Part shown: piece by piece, positions 1-11,486 of the stretch
How positions within the stretch are numbered: position 1 is the stretch's first letter
Layout: each line of letters opens with the position of its first letter
Assembly (NCBI GenBank): GCA_964658305.1
Contig: OZ210884.1
Coordinates: 2,728,001-2,792,000, forward strand
DNA from: Leptogorgia sarmentosa
Lineage: Eukaryota
Length of the DNA: 64,000 nt
Direction of reading: 5' to 3'
Program-made: the position numbers and the translations under genes
Notes under the pieces: model-generated
What the model was told of the DNA's origin: nothing
Seen by the model: the letters and a program-made list of their open reading frames with translations, nothing else
Database searches by the model: none

Positions 1-745
1 TTGTGATAAACAACAAATGTTCGACGCGAAATGAAGCCATTTAAGTGCTGTGAAAACAATGTTCGCAACAGTTTTCGAACTGTTATTTTGTTCGCCGTTA
101 TTTTCACTTTAAAACTCAGCATTTTGGATCGTGTGTTTTTCTGGGACAGCAAAATTCAATCGGGGAGTGTTCTTCAACGTCACCGTACGGCATAATAAGA
201 TTTAGTTTCCTTAAAAATTTAATTTGTATAATAGTTTCACGAGCGGGCAAGATGACTTTCCTGAGCGGGCAGGGCAAGATGACTTTCCTGAGCGGGCAAG
301 ATGACTTTTTCCGGACCGCTAATCAACCAATCAGCGTGCGCCATTTATGTCAGCCATATAATAATAACCATTATTGAATGAGATCGGTTAGGATATGATG
401 AATTGTAAAGGCCGAGATTTGTGTCATCTCCCAAAGCCAAAGGTGAAGCAAATAACATAAACTGAGGCTTTAATAATTTAGCATATCCTACGAAAAATTT
501 GTCGAACATGAGTTTTGGCATGGCAATTTGCAAAGCAATTTGAAGTTGATTCCAAGGGCAACATGTATTCACCCTCTGGCATTCAGTCGTTAAAGCCATA
601 CACAATTTCTAAGGAAAGTGCTTTATTGGATTAATATATATATCATTAATTACCATGCAACATGTGAATATTGAATTCAGCTACAAATTTGTGTATACGA
701 AAGAAGCATAAGTTCGCTGCAATTTAACTGTTACGTACGTAAATT

Positions 746-3700
746 CTAAAACTTGCAGTCACATGCTAAGACGATTGGGAAAGATATGTTTTTGTCAGGT
801 CTTGGAGGAGGACAATCCATTGGCAGCTGGATTATTTTTACCAAACTTGGGGCACAATGACGTGTCATTTGTATACCGTTTATACCATCATATATGGAAG
901 TACACCATCCCACGCAATGACCTACTGTAATATTCTTGTATGCGATACAATCAAAGCCATCATTATGAACAGGTTTTCGGATTTGCACGTTTTTTTGTTT
1001 CACTAGATGACATTCTTCTTTACTGGTTATTACAATGAAGCGTGTTTTAGGAACTATAAAAAAAAAACAATTTCTCAGTTATCTATCGCAAATGATTATT
1101 GTAATTTACGTGTAGCTAATACTAATACATAATTAATATATACATATATTTTCCTTTATGCATCACAATTAATTTTTTGCATTTTCAACTAATTTTGAGA
1201 TTAATATCATTGTAGTCAATTTCCTGGACGCTGATTGGCTAAAAAGCTTCAACAACTGTGCGAATTAAACATTAGTAATTAATTTCTCAAATCCACACTT
1301 CGAGCCCGCGATACATTATAAAAACAAATAAATAAACGCTTATCAACGCTAAAATTCCTGTTTTTTTCACCAACCAGGCGTGCAATTTTTCATTAATGCT
1401 TCTCGAACCGTGTAATTTCCTATACAAATCCGTAAAAACACCAATAGTAGCACATTTTCGTAATAAGTTTTAAGCGTTCTGTTGGCAAGAGGTCCGGGCG
1501 AGCAAGCTAGTTAAAATGCAAATGTCCACGATTTCTGGCGATTATTTTCGCTTATAGCTATCAACTAATTATGAAAACTTTTTATTACATTTTAGTGCAG
1601 ATTTTCCCGAAATTTTGAGCGTTGAAGGAATTTTACCAATTCTTTATTTTATTCCCATTTTACCTCTAACAAATTAGACTGAAGGCCTTATTTTTATCTT
1701 ATAAACTCTATTTTAGAGTAAAGAAAATAGTACATGCGCGTTTTAATAATTTACGCAATTTAATAAGTTTAAGGGGAAGAGAAATTAGACTAAGCACAGC
1801 TTGCAAATTTGAATTATAAACTTACCACAATTAGGGCAGCAGCCCCAGCCACTTCCGTTGACTGGTCTCGTAAAATTCTATATCAATATTAATATTAAAC
1901 AATTATTGAATGAGGTCCAGTAGGAAAAGAAGAATAATTAGTAAGACCGAGAGTTGTACAGGGTGTATCAAAAAATAGGTAATCGAACTTTGGCATGCCA
2001 TTCAGCCATTGTGCGTTAATTACTGGGTGTACGAACGTGATTTTTGCATGGTCATAAAGATCAAGGTCTTAGCAGTTAAATGACATATTTCTTGTACGAT
2101 ATGGAAGAAAACCAGGCAAATGCGAGCGTGTTGAAAAATCTCGGTGAAAAACGCATTCTTTCACCTCTGTGCCTAATTAAAGCAGTGCATAACAAAAGAA
2201 AAATGCAATTCATCACGAATGTGTCATGGTAACAAAGATTTTATCAGGATTATTAATAATTATGCATAATCAGGTCGATCGTTGAAGGGAAGGTCGTCAT
2301 CTTCGAGTCCCAGAGGGAGTTAATTTTGAATAAGTTTAGCTGCAATTCTCAGAGGTGAAAGAATGCGTTTTTCACCGAGATTTTCCAACACGCTCGCATT
2401 TGCCTGATTTTCTTCCATATCGTACAACAAATATGTCATTCAACTGCTAAGACCTTGATCTTTATGACCATGCAAAAATCACGTTCGTACACCCAGTAAT
2501 TAACGCACAATGGCATGCCAAAGTTGGATTACCTTTTTTTTGAGACATCCTGTATTATTTGCCATAGCCGAAGGCTGAGGCAAACAGCACAAACTGAGGC
2601 CTTAATTATTCAACATATCCTACGAGAACCTAATTTAACGAGATTCCGACATAGTGTTGCATTGTAAACAAAGACTTGTATTTTTCGCCGCTTTTTACCA
2701 TAGCAGCATAAATTAGACGGCGTCATAATGTCATAAAATTTTCAATAATATACGAGATAATTATGTCATATTGTCGTATATGTGTTTTACCGAGCAGATA
2801 TGACGAATTCATCCACTGCTCTTAACCAATCAAAACTCTTGAATTATGTTAAATAAATATTATTTAAATAGACTTACATTTATTATATACATATACTTGC
2901 AACGTTGTAAATTTTGTGCAATGGTGGTCATTACGGGATTTTTACTTGGTTGCAAGGCCATGCAAACCTATTTTTTAATTCATTAAATGTTTTAAGATAA
3001 CAACCAACAGTCATTAATAAACGCATTTCAAGGCTATCAACTGAAACGCAAAGATTCCAGGATGGAGCACCATGCCAATAATTATTATTTGTATAATTAT
3101 ATCGTATATAAGAGCTAGAACCAATCATGTATTTCTTTCTTTTGCAATTTCACTAATAATTATAATTGCAAGAATACCTCGGGACAAGGATCGCACGTGG
3201 TGGTTTTTGTTTCAAGTTGTACGTTCTCACCGGACGATGAGCATTGGTTCGATAGATTTCGACACGTCATTTCAACACAAGGTCCATCCGTCCAGACGCT
3301 ATTAACCTAAATGAAATTTGAAACAGAATTGAGGGCGTCAGAAAACAATGTCCTATGCATGATTCCTGGTTTTAGTATACCGTCTTTTTAGACACTTACT
3401 GTTGCAAACGCAAGCACCAACTCTAAATTTCAGTAATAGCAACCAGCTATTAGTACAAGTAATAGTATGGTTTCGAGTGCAATTTGGAATTAACATGCAC
3501 GAGTGAGTTTTCCAAAGAACTCAAAATAGCACGAGTCCGAAGGACGAGTGCTATTTGAGGTCTTTGGAAAACTCACGAGTGTACATATATTAATTCCAAA
3601 ACGCACGAGAAACCATAGTATTACTTGTTAATAGCTTGCGTAAACATATTCGAGACAATTGTAGTGTTAACCGTTATAGCTACGTCTCAAAGCGAAAGTT

Positions 3701-5746
3701 CACATGCAGAGTTTTCTTGATTAATTTTTTTCACATTTTACAGCGATAACGGTTTCAAGAATTCACCCAAGCACGTAACTTTTGTTTGTCTTGTTTTAGA
3801 TGTAGAAGTTTTTTCCGCAATTACAACAGGATAAAAGCTATATTTTCGACTCGAAAACATGTTTACTTTGTTTAGCGCGGCCGCCATGTTTGTTTTGTTT
3901 TGACGAAATAATTATGTAGCTTGAGCTCTAATTTGATTGGTTCAAAGTGATAACGGAAAATCACACTGTGATAACACGAAATTGCACGGTGATACCACGA
4001 AATTGCACTGTGATTACAAAAAATTGCACTTGCATGTGAATACAAAAAATTACACCGTGATTACAGAAAATGGCACTGTGATTTGGGATTAGCAGCACTG
4101 AAATGAACCAATCACATTCGAGAAATACTTTTATGTATATTATTACATTGATAATTAGTATATGTAATCATTTGAAGTCACACAGTGTCACAGAAGGTTG
4201 CCATTTACATGCAAATTGCCGTCTTGGTATTGACAAACTTTGGTCTTTTTTGAACTACTCGTCATGAATGGTTTACATGTAAACTTACTGGATAGCACGT
4301 TCCATTGTATGAACAGCTGCCTAAGACAAGAAAACATAATAATAACGGCCTATCACATTTTATAAGTAATTTTACCCATGTATGTGGCGTTTAATGTATC
4401 TGTAAAAATGCGCCTTAAAATTGGATAAAAAGGCCAATGCGGGGGATAACGAGATCTTTCATTGTGGGCTGTGCTTGTGCACAGACTTGGACTGATTTCT
4501 GCACAGTCTTGGAAGTTACTTTTAACATCGAAATATTTTTCGAAATTCCGAACTGTAAAGATTAATTGTAAAGCAGCAATGTGAAATTTGTGCGAAAAAC
4601 ATTAAATTACCTCACGTGAAACACAAGAATGCTTATGAATTTAAATAAAATATGCACAAGATGAAGATGAACATTTATGTAATACTTGGAAAGTCATGCC
4701 AGAAGAGAAAAATAGTATAACCTGACGCTGTTATCGTACATTGCACTGCCCAAAGTGTTAATGATATTTTCCGCAAAATATTAGATCTCACTTCGTTTTA
4801 TTTAGCTAAACCATGATCAGGCAGTACATAAGCCGATAAGTATAACACTCAAAGTTTAACTAGTAGTTAAATAGTACAAAATATGGAAGAATTGTGCCGT
4901 CACCGAAGCGACCTGACGCTTTAGTGATGCTTAAAATGCTTCCTTCCATAGCATTATTCCCATGGCCAGAAATGCGCGACAGTCAGCGGCTCGGATAACG
5001 GGTGCGTAATTGACAACAGAGCATGCGCATTACGATGAAGGACTTTCAATGGTAATTTAAATTGCAAATCCCCTGTTTACCAGGCTTTGGACCTAAATTT
5101 TGTGCTAGAAATATGGACACGTTTGGGGCTAAAAGGAACCCCTTTCTGTTGACTTTTAAACATTACAAATGGTTTAAACTGTTAGCGGAACTTTCAAACT
5201 TTAAAATACGATGTTGGCAACATTGAAAACCTGAAGCGAAATCAGGGTAATTTTGCTACCAATTCGGGTATTACTGCATAAATTATGGATTTAATACAGC
5301 TTATATAAAGGCATAGTTGCTTCGATAATTATTTTATGAGGAACCAACTTCCCGAATCCTTTGTATTATATAATTTCGTACAGGTTCACGTTGGGTTGTT
5401 TTAATCATTTATAGATGTTGGCAAATAGGTTTATGCTCACAATATTAATGCTATTTGTGGAAAATGCATTTTACTGGTATAATCTACTAGTAATAAACGC
5501 CATTTTGAATAAATACGTATCAGGCTTTGCGCATGCTAAGTAGCTGACGCCTGACTGTCGTGCATTTCTGGCCATGTGTGCATGCCCATTCAATTCATGG
5601 CCAATTTTGTGTTAATTAAGATAACCCATAACCCATCCACAATTACATTTTTTTAATTAAATACCTTCCACAGCCGAGGTGCAATGAAATGCTATTAAAA
5701 CAAATGCCAAAGTAGACAACTGTCTTGATATCATTGCAAAAACCAT
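746..5746 (-). CDS. Gene A: secreted VWC + C-terminal cystine-knot protein, ~200 aa; coding exons 5746-5665, 4320-4289, 3306-3178, 1877-1826, 1053-746
   Basis: All junctions are GT-AG and in frame (82+32+129+52+308=603 nt). Translation: MVFAMISRQLSTLAFVLIAFHCTSAVEG/SCSYNGTCYP/VNSVWTDGPCVEMTC..TTTCDPCPE/NFTRPVNGSGWGCCPNC/VPK..EECHL..FDC..GHCVGWC..RHCAP..MDC..LACDCKF*. It has a signal peptide, a VWC signature (C-x-YNG..W..PC..CCPxC) and knot motifs CxGxC and CxC. There is a likely non-coding first exon with donor at 6090 and a minus-strand AATAAA near 622. Confidence 0.85.
1959..2552. mobile_element. Tc1/mariner-like MITE with ~220-bp inverted repeats
   Basis: TA|CAGGGTGTATCAAAAAA...TTTTTTGAGACATCCTG|TA; long near-perfect inverted arms; TA target duplication. 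Confidence 0.85.
3456..4146. repeat. Hairpin-terminated element with internal 20-bp tandem repeats; inverted partial copy at ~15250-15520
   Basis: Palindrome 3456-3630 is centred on TCCGAAGGA; repeats of AAATTGCACTGTGATAACAC lie at ~3958-4082. Confidence 0.8.
4961..5576. mobile_element. MITE with terminal inverted repeats in first coding intron of gene A
   Basis: CATGGCCAGAAATGCGCGACAGTCAG...CTGACTGTCGTGCATTTCTGGCCATG; no clear target duplication. Confidence 0.7.
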
Positions 5747-6490
5747 TGTTTTTCTGTGAATAGAACGAAACTTGTTTAGGTACTTGTGGTCATAAACAAA
5801 GAAGTTATAAATGTATTTAACGCTGTGCTATACAATACTAAATAACTCTAAAGATAATTCTAATATTTGTTATCAAAAATTCCAATAACTAATTGACGCG
5901 CAGCTTACGATCTATTATAGTATTATGAAATACTCGTTGACGATGTTTTAATTCTCATAAAATAATAACCCGAATAATTTTTTTCTTTATTTCTGCCAGG
6001 TATTTCTTTATCATTACCCTAATATTGTTACGTAGTACTGCATATGTTTGAAAGCTTCAAGCAACATGTACATGCACGGTGAATACTCACTTTTTCGACG
6101 TTCTTTCTGCTGTATAGCTATTTTGTTCTGGCGGTTGTATAGGATTTCTTTCCACTGACACTGGTTTGTCCGAATCGCTCAATATGTATCAAAATAATCT
6201 TGTGGGCGGAGCCAATTTGACTCCTGACAATGAGTTCCATTCGCTGTAAGAGCCTTTTTAATCATTGTTTTTAATCAGAGACTAATTTAAATATCGTTGG
6301 AAATTAAATAATTAAACTAATTTCCGGTTATTTGGGGGGTAAAATTTAGTGAGTTGCACTTATTATAAGATTTTTAAGACTAGATATGTAGTTTAAATAC
6401 CTTTCGAATTAATAACTTGAATTACTGGTTATTACCGCCATGATGCAGCAAAAATGTTACAGCTCGGTTAATATTTATTAATTCGTTATT

Positions 6491-6655
6491 ACTCATTTCG
6501 AATTAGCTCGCGTGCAAACGCGCATGGAACCTTAAAGACTGATTTTTTTTCAAAATTGTATAAAATATATACATGCACCTTATTCATTCCTTATCTTGAA
6601 GACAAAAACGGTACTCTCTGTATTGGCATTTCTCATTGAATATTTTGAAATTAGG
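6491..6655 (+). repeat. Dispersed repeat; second copy ~20999-21165
   Basis: Both begin CTCATTTCGAATTAGCTCGCGTGCAAACGCGCATGGAACCTT and stay alignable to GAATATTTTGAAATTAGG. Confidence 0.75.
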
Positions 6656-8441
6656 TGCAGGAAAAGAAACCCTTTATTGCGGATCATGATTGTGTATATG
6701 CCACAAACAAAAAACATCTTAATTACGGACAGAAATGTTAAGAATTAATGCCGAAAGTTGCATTGAAAATTTTCCTTCCGTTGCATGGCAGATAATTCAT
6801 TGTCAGAGGCAACTGCGTTAGTTCATATATAATTAATCCTAATATTCTAAATTTTTTTCTATATACGATATCTACACTGCATTAACGAAACTTTGAACCT
6901 ATATGATTAGATGTTGTATTTAATTCATTTAATAAACGCTTTAGCGTTTGGCCTCAATTGTATGTTAACAATTATAAAGCATGTTGTTCAACAAATGGAG
7001 CCCACAGAATTTGCATACATACTATTACCGGATGTTTTCAATAATTGAAGTGTTTTTAAGTATTGTGGAATTTATATTTTCTTTCATGTGAAAAGGCTGA
7101 AAGCAAAAAAATCTCATCAATTCTCAATTGAAGCAATGAAGAACTGAACAACACAGTTTGACACCCATTAAGCCCACGCCAATTAAACAATCGTCGAGAT
7201 TATCTTTCAATTTGGAACTTGGGTATGCCTATAAATTATAAGATATTTATCGACGTCAAGGATTTGAGAGTTTAAATAAAACATTTTATGCTGACTTACA
7301 GCAACCCTCATCAAAAAATTCGTAGCTGCTTTAAAGTTAATCATAAAGTGGAAATTTGGCTTAGAGCATCCAACTGGTGTAATTTCCAGAAGGAATTTGA
7401 AAATTGGTAAAGTGGCAGGTCACGATTTTGGCTTGATATTCGCTGCCGTAGGAGGAATTCATATCAAGTGAAATTAATTGGCACCTGTGAGTGTGGCTCA
7501 AACAAGTTGAGTTCTTAAGAATAAAGTAATTGTCTTCATTAGAAATTAAATATGCGTGTCCTCCTGCTATGAAATTTGGAAATATGCGCCTAGATAAATC
7601 CCCAATTTTGTGGGAACCCCCTTTTGATCTCCTTCGAGGTTCGATAATAGCTTTCTACTTGGAAACATGTCTACATTGCATGCTTCCATATTATAGTTAG
7701 TTCATCTCCGAGCAACGGCGCGAAGGGCCGGCGTTACCGTAGCGAAAGTATTAATTTGAAAATTAAAAGAAATGAATGCCAAACGAAATGTGAGTTAAAC
7801 ATTCCTTCACAAAGTTAGAGCAAAAATTTAGTCAGGAAAAAACCGAGGGTGGGGATTTCTCACCTTTACCCCACCCACTTTCCCCTTCCGGGGCCCATAG
7901 GGGAAACGACAATGGATTGAAATAGAAGACAAGCGAATGTCATTTTCCAGAAAGAGAGTGGTTTTATATTTCTTTGACATATGATTTTTTCGCTAAGTTA
8001 TATTATTATACGATTGGTGAGTGGTATGTTTTGAGGCTTAATACGGCAATTGCATTATATTCTCATTAAAGAGCTGCTTACGCTGCCGAAAAAGTGAAGA
8101 CGATCAAAAGTTGCAATTTATATGTGGCATCCTTTTACGAATTGTTATTTTTACCGTTGACACTGACTTTGAAACCACTTCAGTCGTTTTAATGGCAAAA
8201 TATAGACAATCATATCCTATTTGCAACCAGCAAAATTAATGTGGAATATTGTTATTGCCGTAAATTGAATTTCGGTTTACGGATGTATAATCCGACAACG
8301 ACCCCCCCCCCCGCCCCCCCCTCCCCCCACCCCTCCCCCCACCCCCCCCCAAATTCCAAAATGTCTAATTGTTTTAGAATACACTCTATGCCCAGAATTA
8401 TTTATATCTGAGGTTTCTGAAGACAATTCTTCATAAACCTC

Positions 8442-9803
8442 AGTTTTCCCTTTCTTTTTCGAAAACCGTGGTTTAACGCGGAACAGACAACGACTGATTA
8501 GCAAATCAGAATGTAGCATTTGTAATACACGATGGTAGGGTGTATACTAAATCTCAAAAGTTTATGACATTGTTTATTATTTCTATGGCCTTGGATATTT
8601 TATTCTCGTTGTCTTGAAATGCAAGAAATGAGTTAAACAGACCATTGAAAGTTTTAAATTTCCCTGGGGCGTATGTAGTGGCGTAGGAAGCGTGTGGGCT
8701 GTGGTGGCCCTTTTGTGCTAAAAGTGAATGCATTCATATTGAGAGTATTCACATGTATTCAAAATCGTGATTAGGATCACAAACAAAATATCATTCCTTA
8801 GTTATTAGGGAACTCTCAGCAATTAATAAATTGAATACAGCCCCTGAAATATGAAAATTACAGGATGTTTACAATAATTTAGATCTTTTTAAGTAAATTA
8901 ACGTCAAAAAAGGTCTTTTATCCGAAAAAGCTCTGTTAAAGCACTAAAATTTCTCTGTTCTTTGCCCCAGCAATAACGAACTACACGGTTTGATCGCACA
9001 TTAGAACTGCGAAACAAAGTTCGGGATTAATCTTTAATTTTTTGTGCTTTGATCGGTACAATAAAAACATTTCTCTCGCAGAAGAATTTGAGAAGTTTAA
9101 TAAAACATTTTTAAAACAAAAGTTTTCCCTTTCTTTTTCGAAAACCGTGGTTTAACGCGGAATAGACAACGGCTGATTAGCAAATCAGAATGTAGCATTT
9201 GTAATGCACGATGGTAGGGTGTATACTAAATCCCAAAAGTTTATGACATTGTTTATATTATTTCTATGGCCTTGGATATTTTATTCCTGTTGTCTTGAAA
9301 TGCAAGAAATGACTTAAACAGACCATTGAAAGTTTTAAATTTCCCAGGGGCGTATGTAGTGGCGTAGGAAGCGTGTGGGTTGTGGTGGCCCTTTTGTGCT
9401 GAAAGAAAATGCATTCATATTGAGAGTATTCACATGTATTAAAAATCGTGATTAGGATCACAAACAAAATATCATTCCTTAGTTATTATGGAACTCTCAG
9501 CAATTAATAAATTGAATACAGCCCCTGAAATATGAAAATTACAGGATGTTTACAATAATTTAGATCTTTTTAAGTAAATTAACGTCAAAAAAGGTCTTTT
9601 ATCCGAAAAAGCTCTGTTAATTAGCACTAAAATTTCTCTGTTCTTTGCCCCAGCAATAACGAACTACACGGTTTGATCGCACATTAGGACTGCGAAACAA
9701 AGTTCTGGATTAATCTTTAATTTTTTGTGCTTTGATCGGTACAATAAAAACATTTCTCTCGCAGAAGGATTTGAGAAGTTTAATAAAACATTTTTAAAAC
9801 AAA
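8442..9803 (+). repeat. Tandem duplication, 2 x ~680 bp (8442-9120, 9121-9803)
   Basis: Both copies start AGTTTTCCCTTTCTTTTTCGAAAACCG and end TTTTAAAACAAA; about 20 differences counted by eye. Confidence 0.95.
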
Positions 9804-11486
9804 AGTGGATGTATCATGCGTGTACACTTGCAGCAACAAAAGTGCTATATGCTAAACAGTAAAATGCAATAATCATTACAATAAGTGTATTTCGGGCAGC
9901 ATAGAAATCGTTTACAATCATCCATACATGTTTCATATTTCTCCATATTTCAACATAAGATTAATGAACAACTACATTGTTCTAGTTGGAAAAAAGGAGG
10001 TTACCGAAATCTAGCGGATAAATTTTCCCATAAATACTCTTTAATATCCTTCTAAGATTACGTCACATCCACTGTTGAAAGTGTTCCTGCATCCGTTAAT
10101 TCTTTAGCGCTTTTGGCGAAGTTATTGTATGTAATTCCTCCTGCCCCTCTCTAGCTCGTAGTTTCGTGAATATTATGGTGCGATTGAATGCGTGTGTATA
10201 ATTGTTTTTGTGAAAGGGATACTAGAATTTTGGTATTGATGCAAATAAAATGCGAAATATGTATCCTTACAATATGCTACTCGTAGCGCTATGGACGATC
10301 CTGATTTCGCGAGACTTCGATTATTATTCTTCCATTCCATACGTCTATCGCCAACCTGTTGTCAGACAGCCGTGCTACACGAAGCTTTCGCAACAGATTT
10401 ACATAATATTTTCGGTTATTCTTCTGGATCTTTCACTGGATCTTTCACGTACCAAGTGCATGTTGTTACACTCGCAGCAAGACGTGGGACTTTCCAAAAA
10501 CGCTCATTGTTTGGGTTTTTGATTGGGAACAGTAAGTCTAGTAATAATCATGAACGTACACTAGGGGCAATTGATCATGGTGTGGCAGGGAGGCAGTGTC
10601 ACAAACAAAATAACACACCTTAATTATAGGTGTGATAGCACTCAATATAATAGTATCATCAAAGAAATGCAGCCACCGAAATTGAAAAATTACATGATTC
10701 ATAAAATTTTTCACATTCTTTGAAGTAAAATATCGCGTGCTACAAATTTTCTTTGATCTGCATGTTGAACAACAACACAACAAAGTCCCTTTGTTACTAG
10801 ATACTGGATAATGAACTACACATTTTGATCATCAATTAAGCCCCCGTATCCATTAAAAGAATCTTCGAGATTATAATCTATTTCTTTGTGCTGGCGACTG
10901 AATAAAAGCACCCCTAACATCTTAATCACTGCAATAATTTCAGCGGCGAAGAACCAAAGGATCAGCAAACGAATCACAGGAATTGAGAGAGCAAGCAGCA
11001 GAAACATCTAAACGTAAGTAATGAAATCAACAAAGTCGTAATGAAGCCGTTTCTGCAAGCATTTATTCTAAATCATTACATGCAGTTGCAATGATTTAGG
11101 TTTGAATTGCCATATCAATATTTTGCTGCAACTATCACTCCACAAACGAATGCTACAAGGCCAGTCGAAAACTGGCCACAGTCGCGTAGTCTGACACTAG
11201 CCGAAAATCATTTAAGCAAAAACCTGTAACTTGAAGCATCTCAACCAAAATGTTCTTTCGCAGTGAGTCATGTTCATACGCCTTTGTCATTTCCTGAAAG
11301 AGTCACCAGTTTTTTGAAACCTCTAAATTTCGTCGCGTTAACAGAACCATATCTCTTATATACTTATATTTTTATATGAACAAAAATGTAACATCATTTC
11401 TAAATATTAATATAAATAAAATAATTTTACTGCCAATGAATCATAAAACTTTCAAGATATTCATTAAACTTTCCACTAATTATAGA

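Noticed and set aside
3958..4082. 20-bp repeat array resembling a CRISPR
   Set aside because: The units are contiguous without unique spacers, the context is eukaryotic, and the array is part of a dispersed element.
4722..4791. Possible extra phase-1 exon in gene A
   Set aside because: Weak acceptor, no counterpart in B or C, and the model is complete without it.
10250..10623. Overlapping 90-110 aa ORFs upstream of gene B
   Set aside because: No recognisable motif or splice support.
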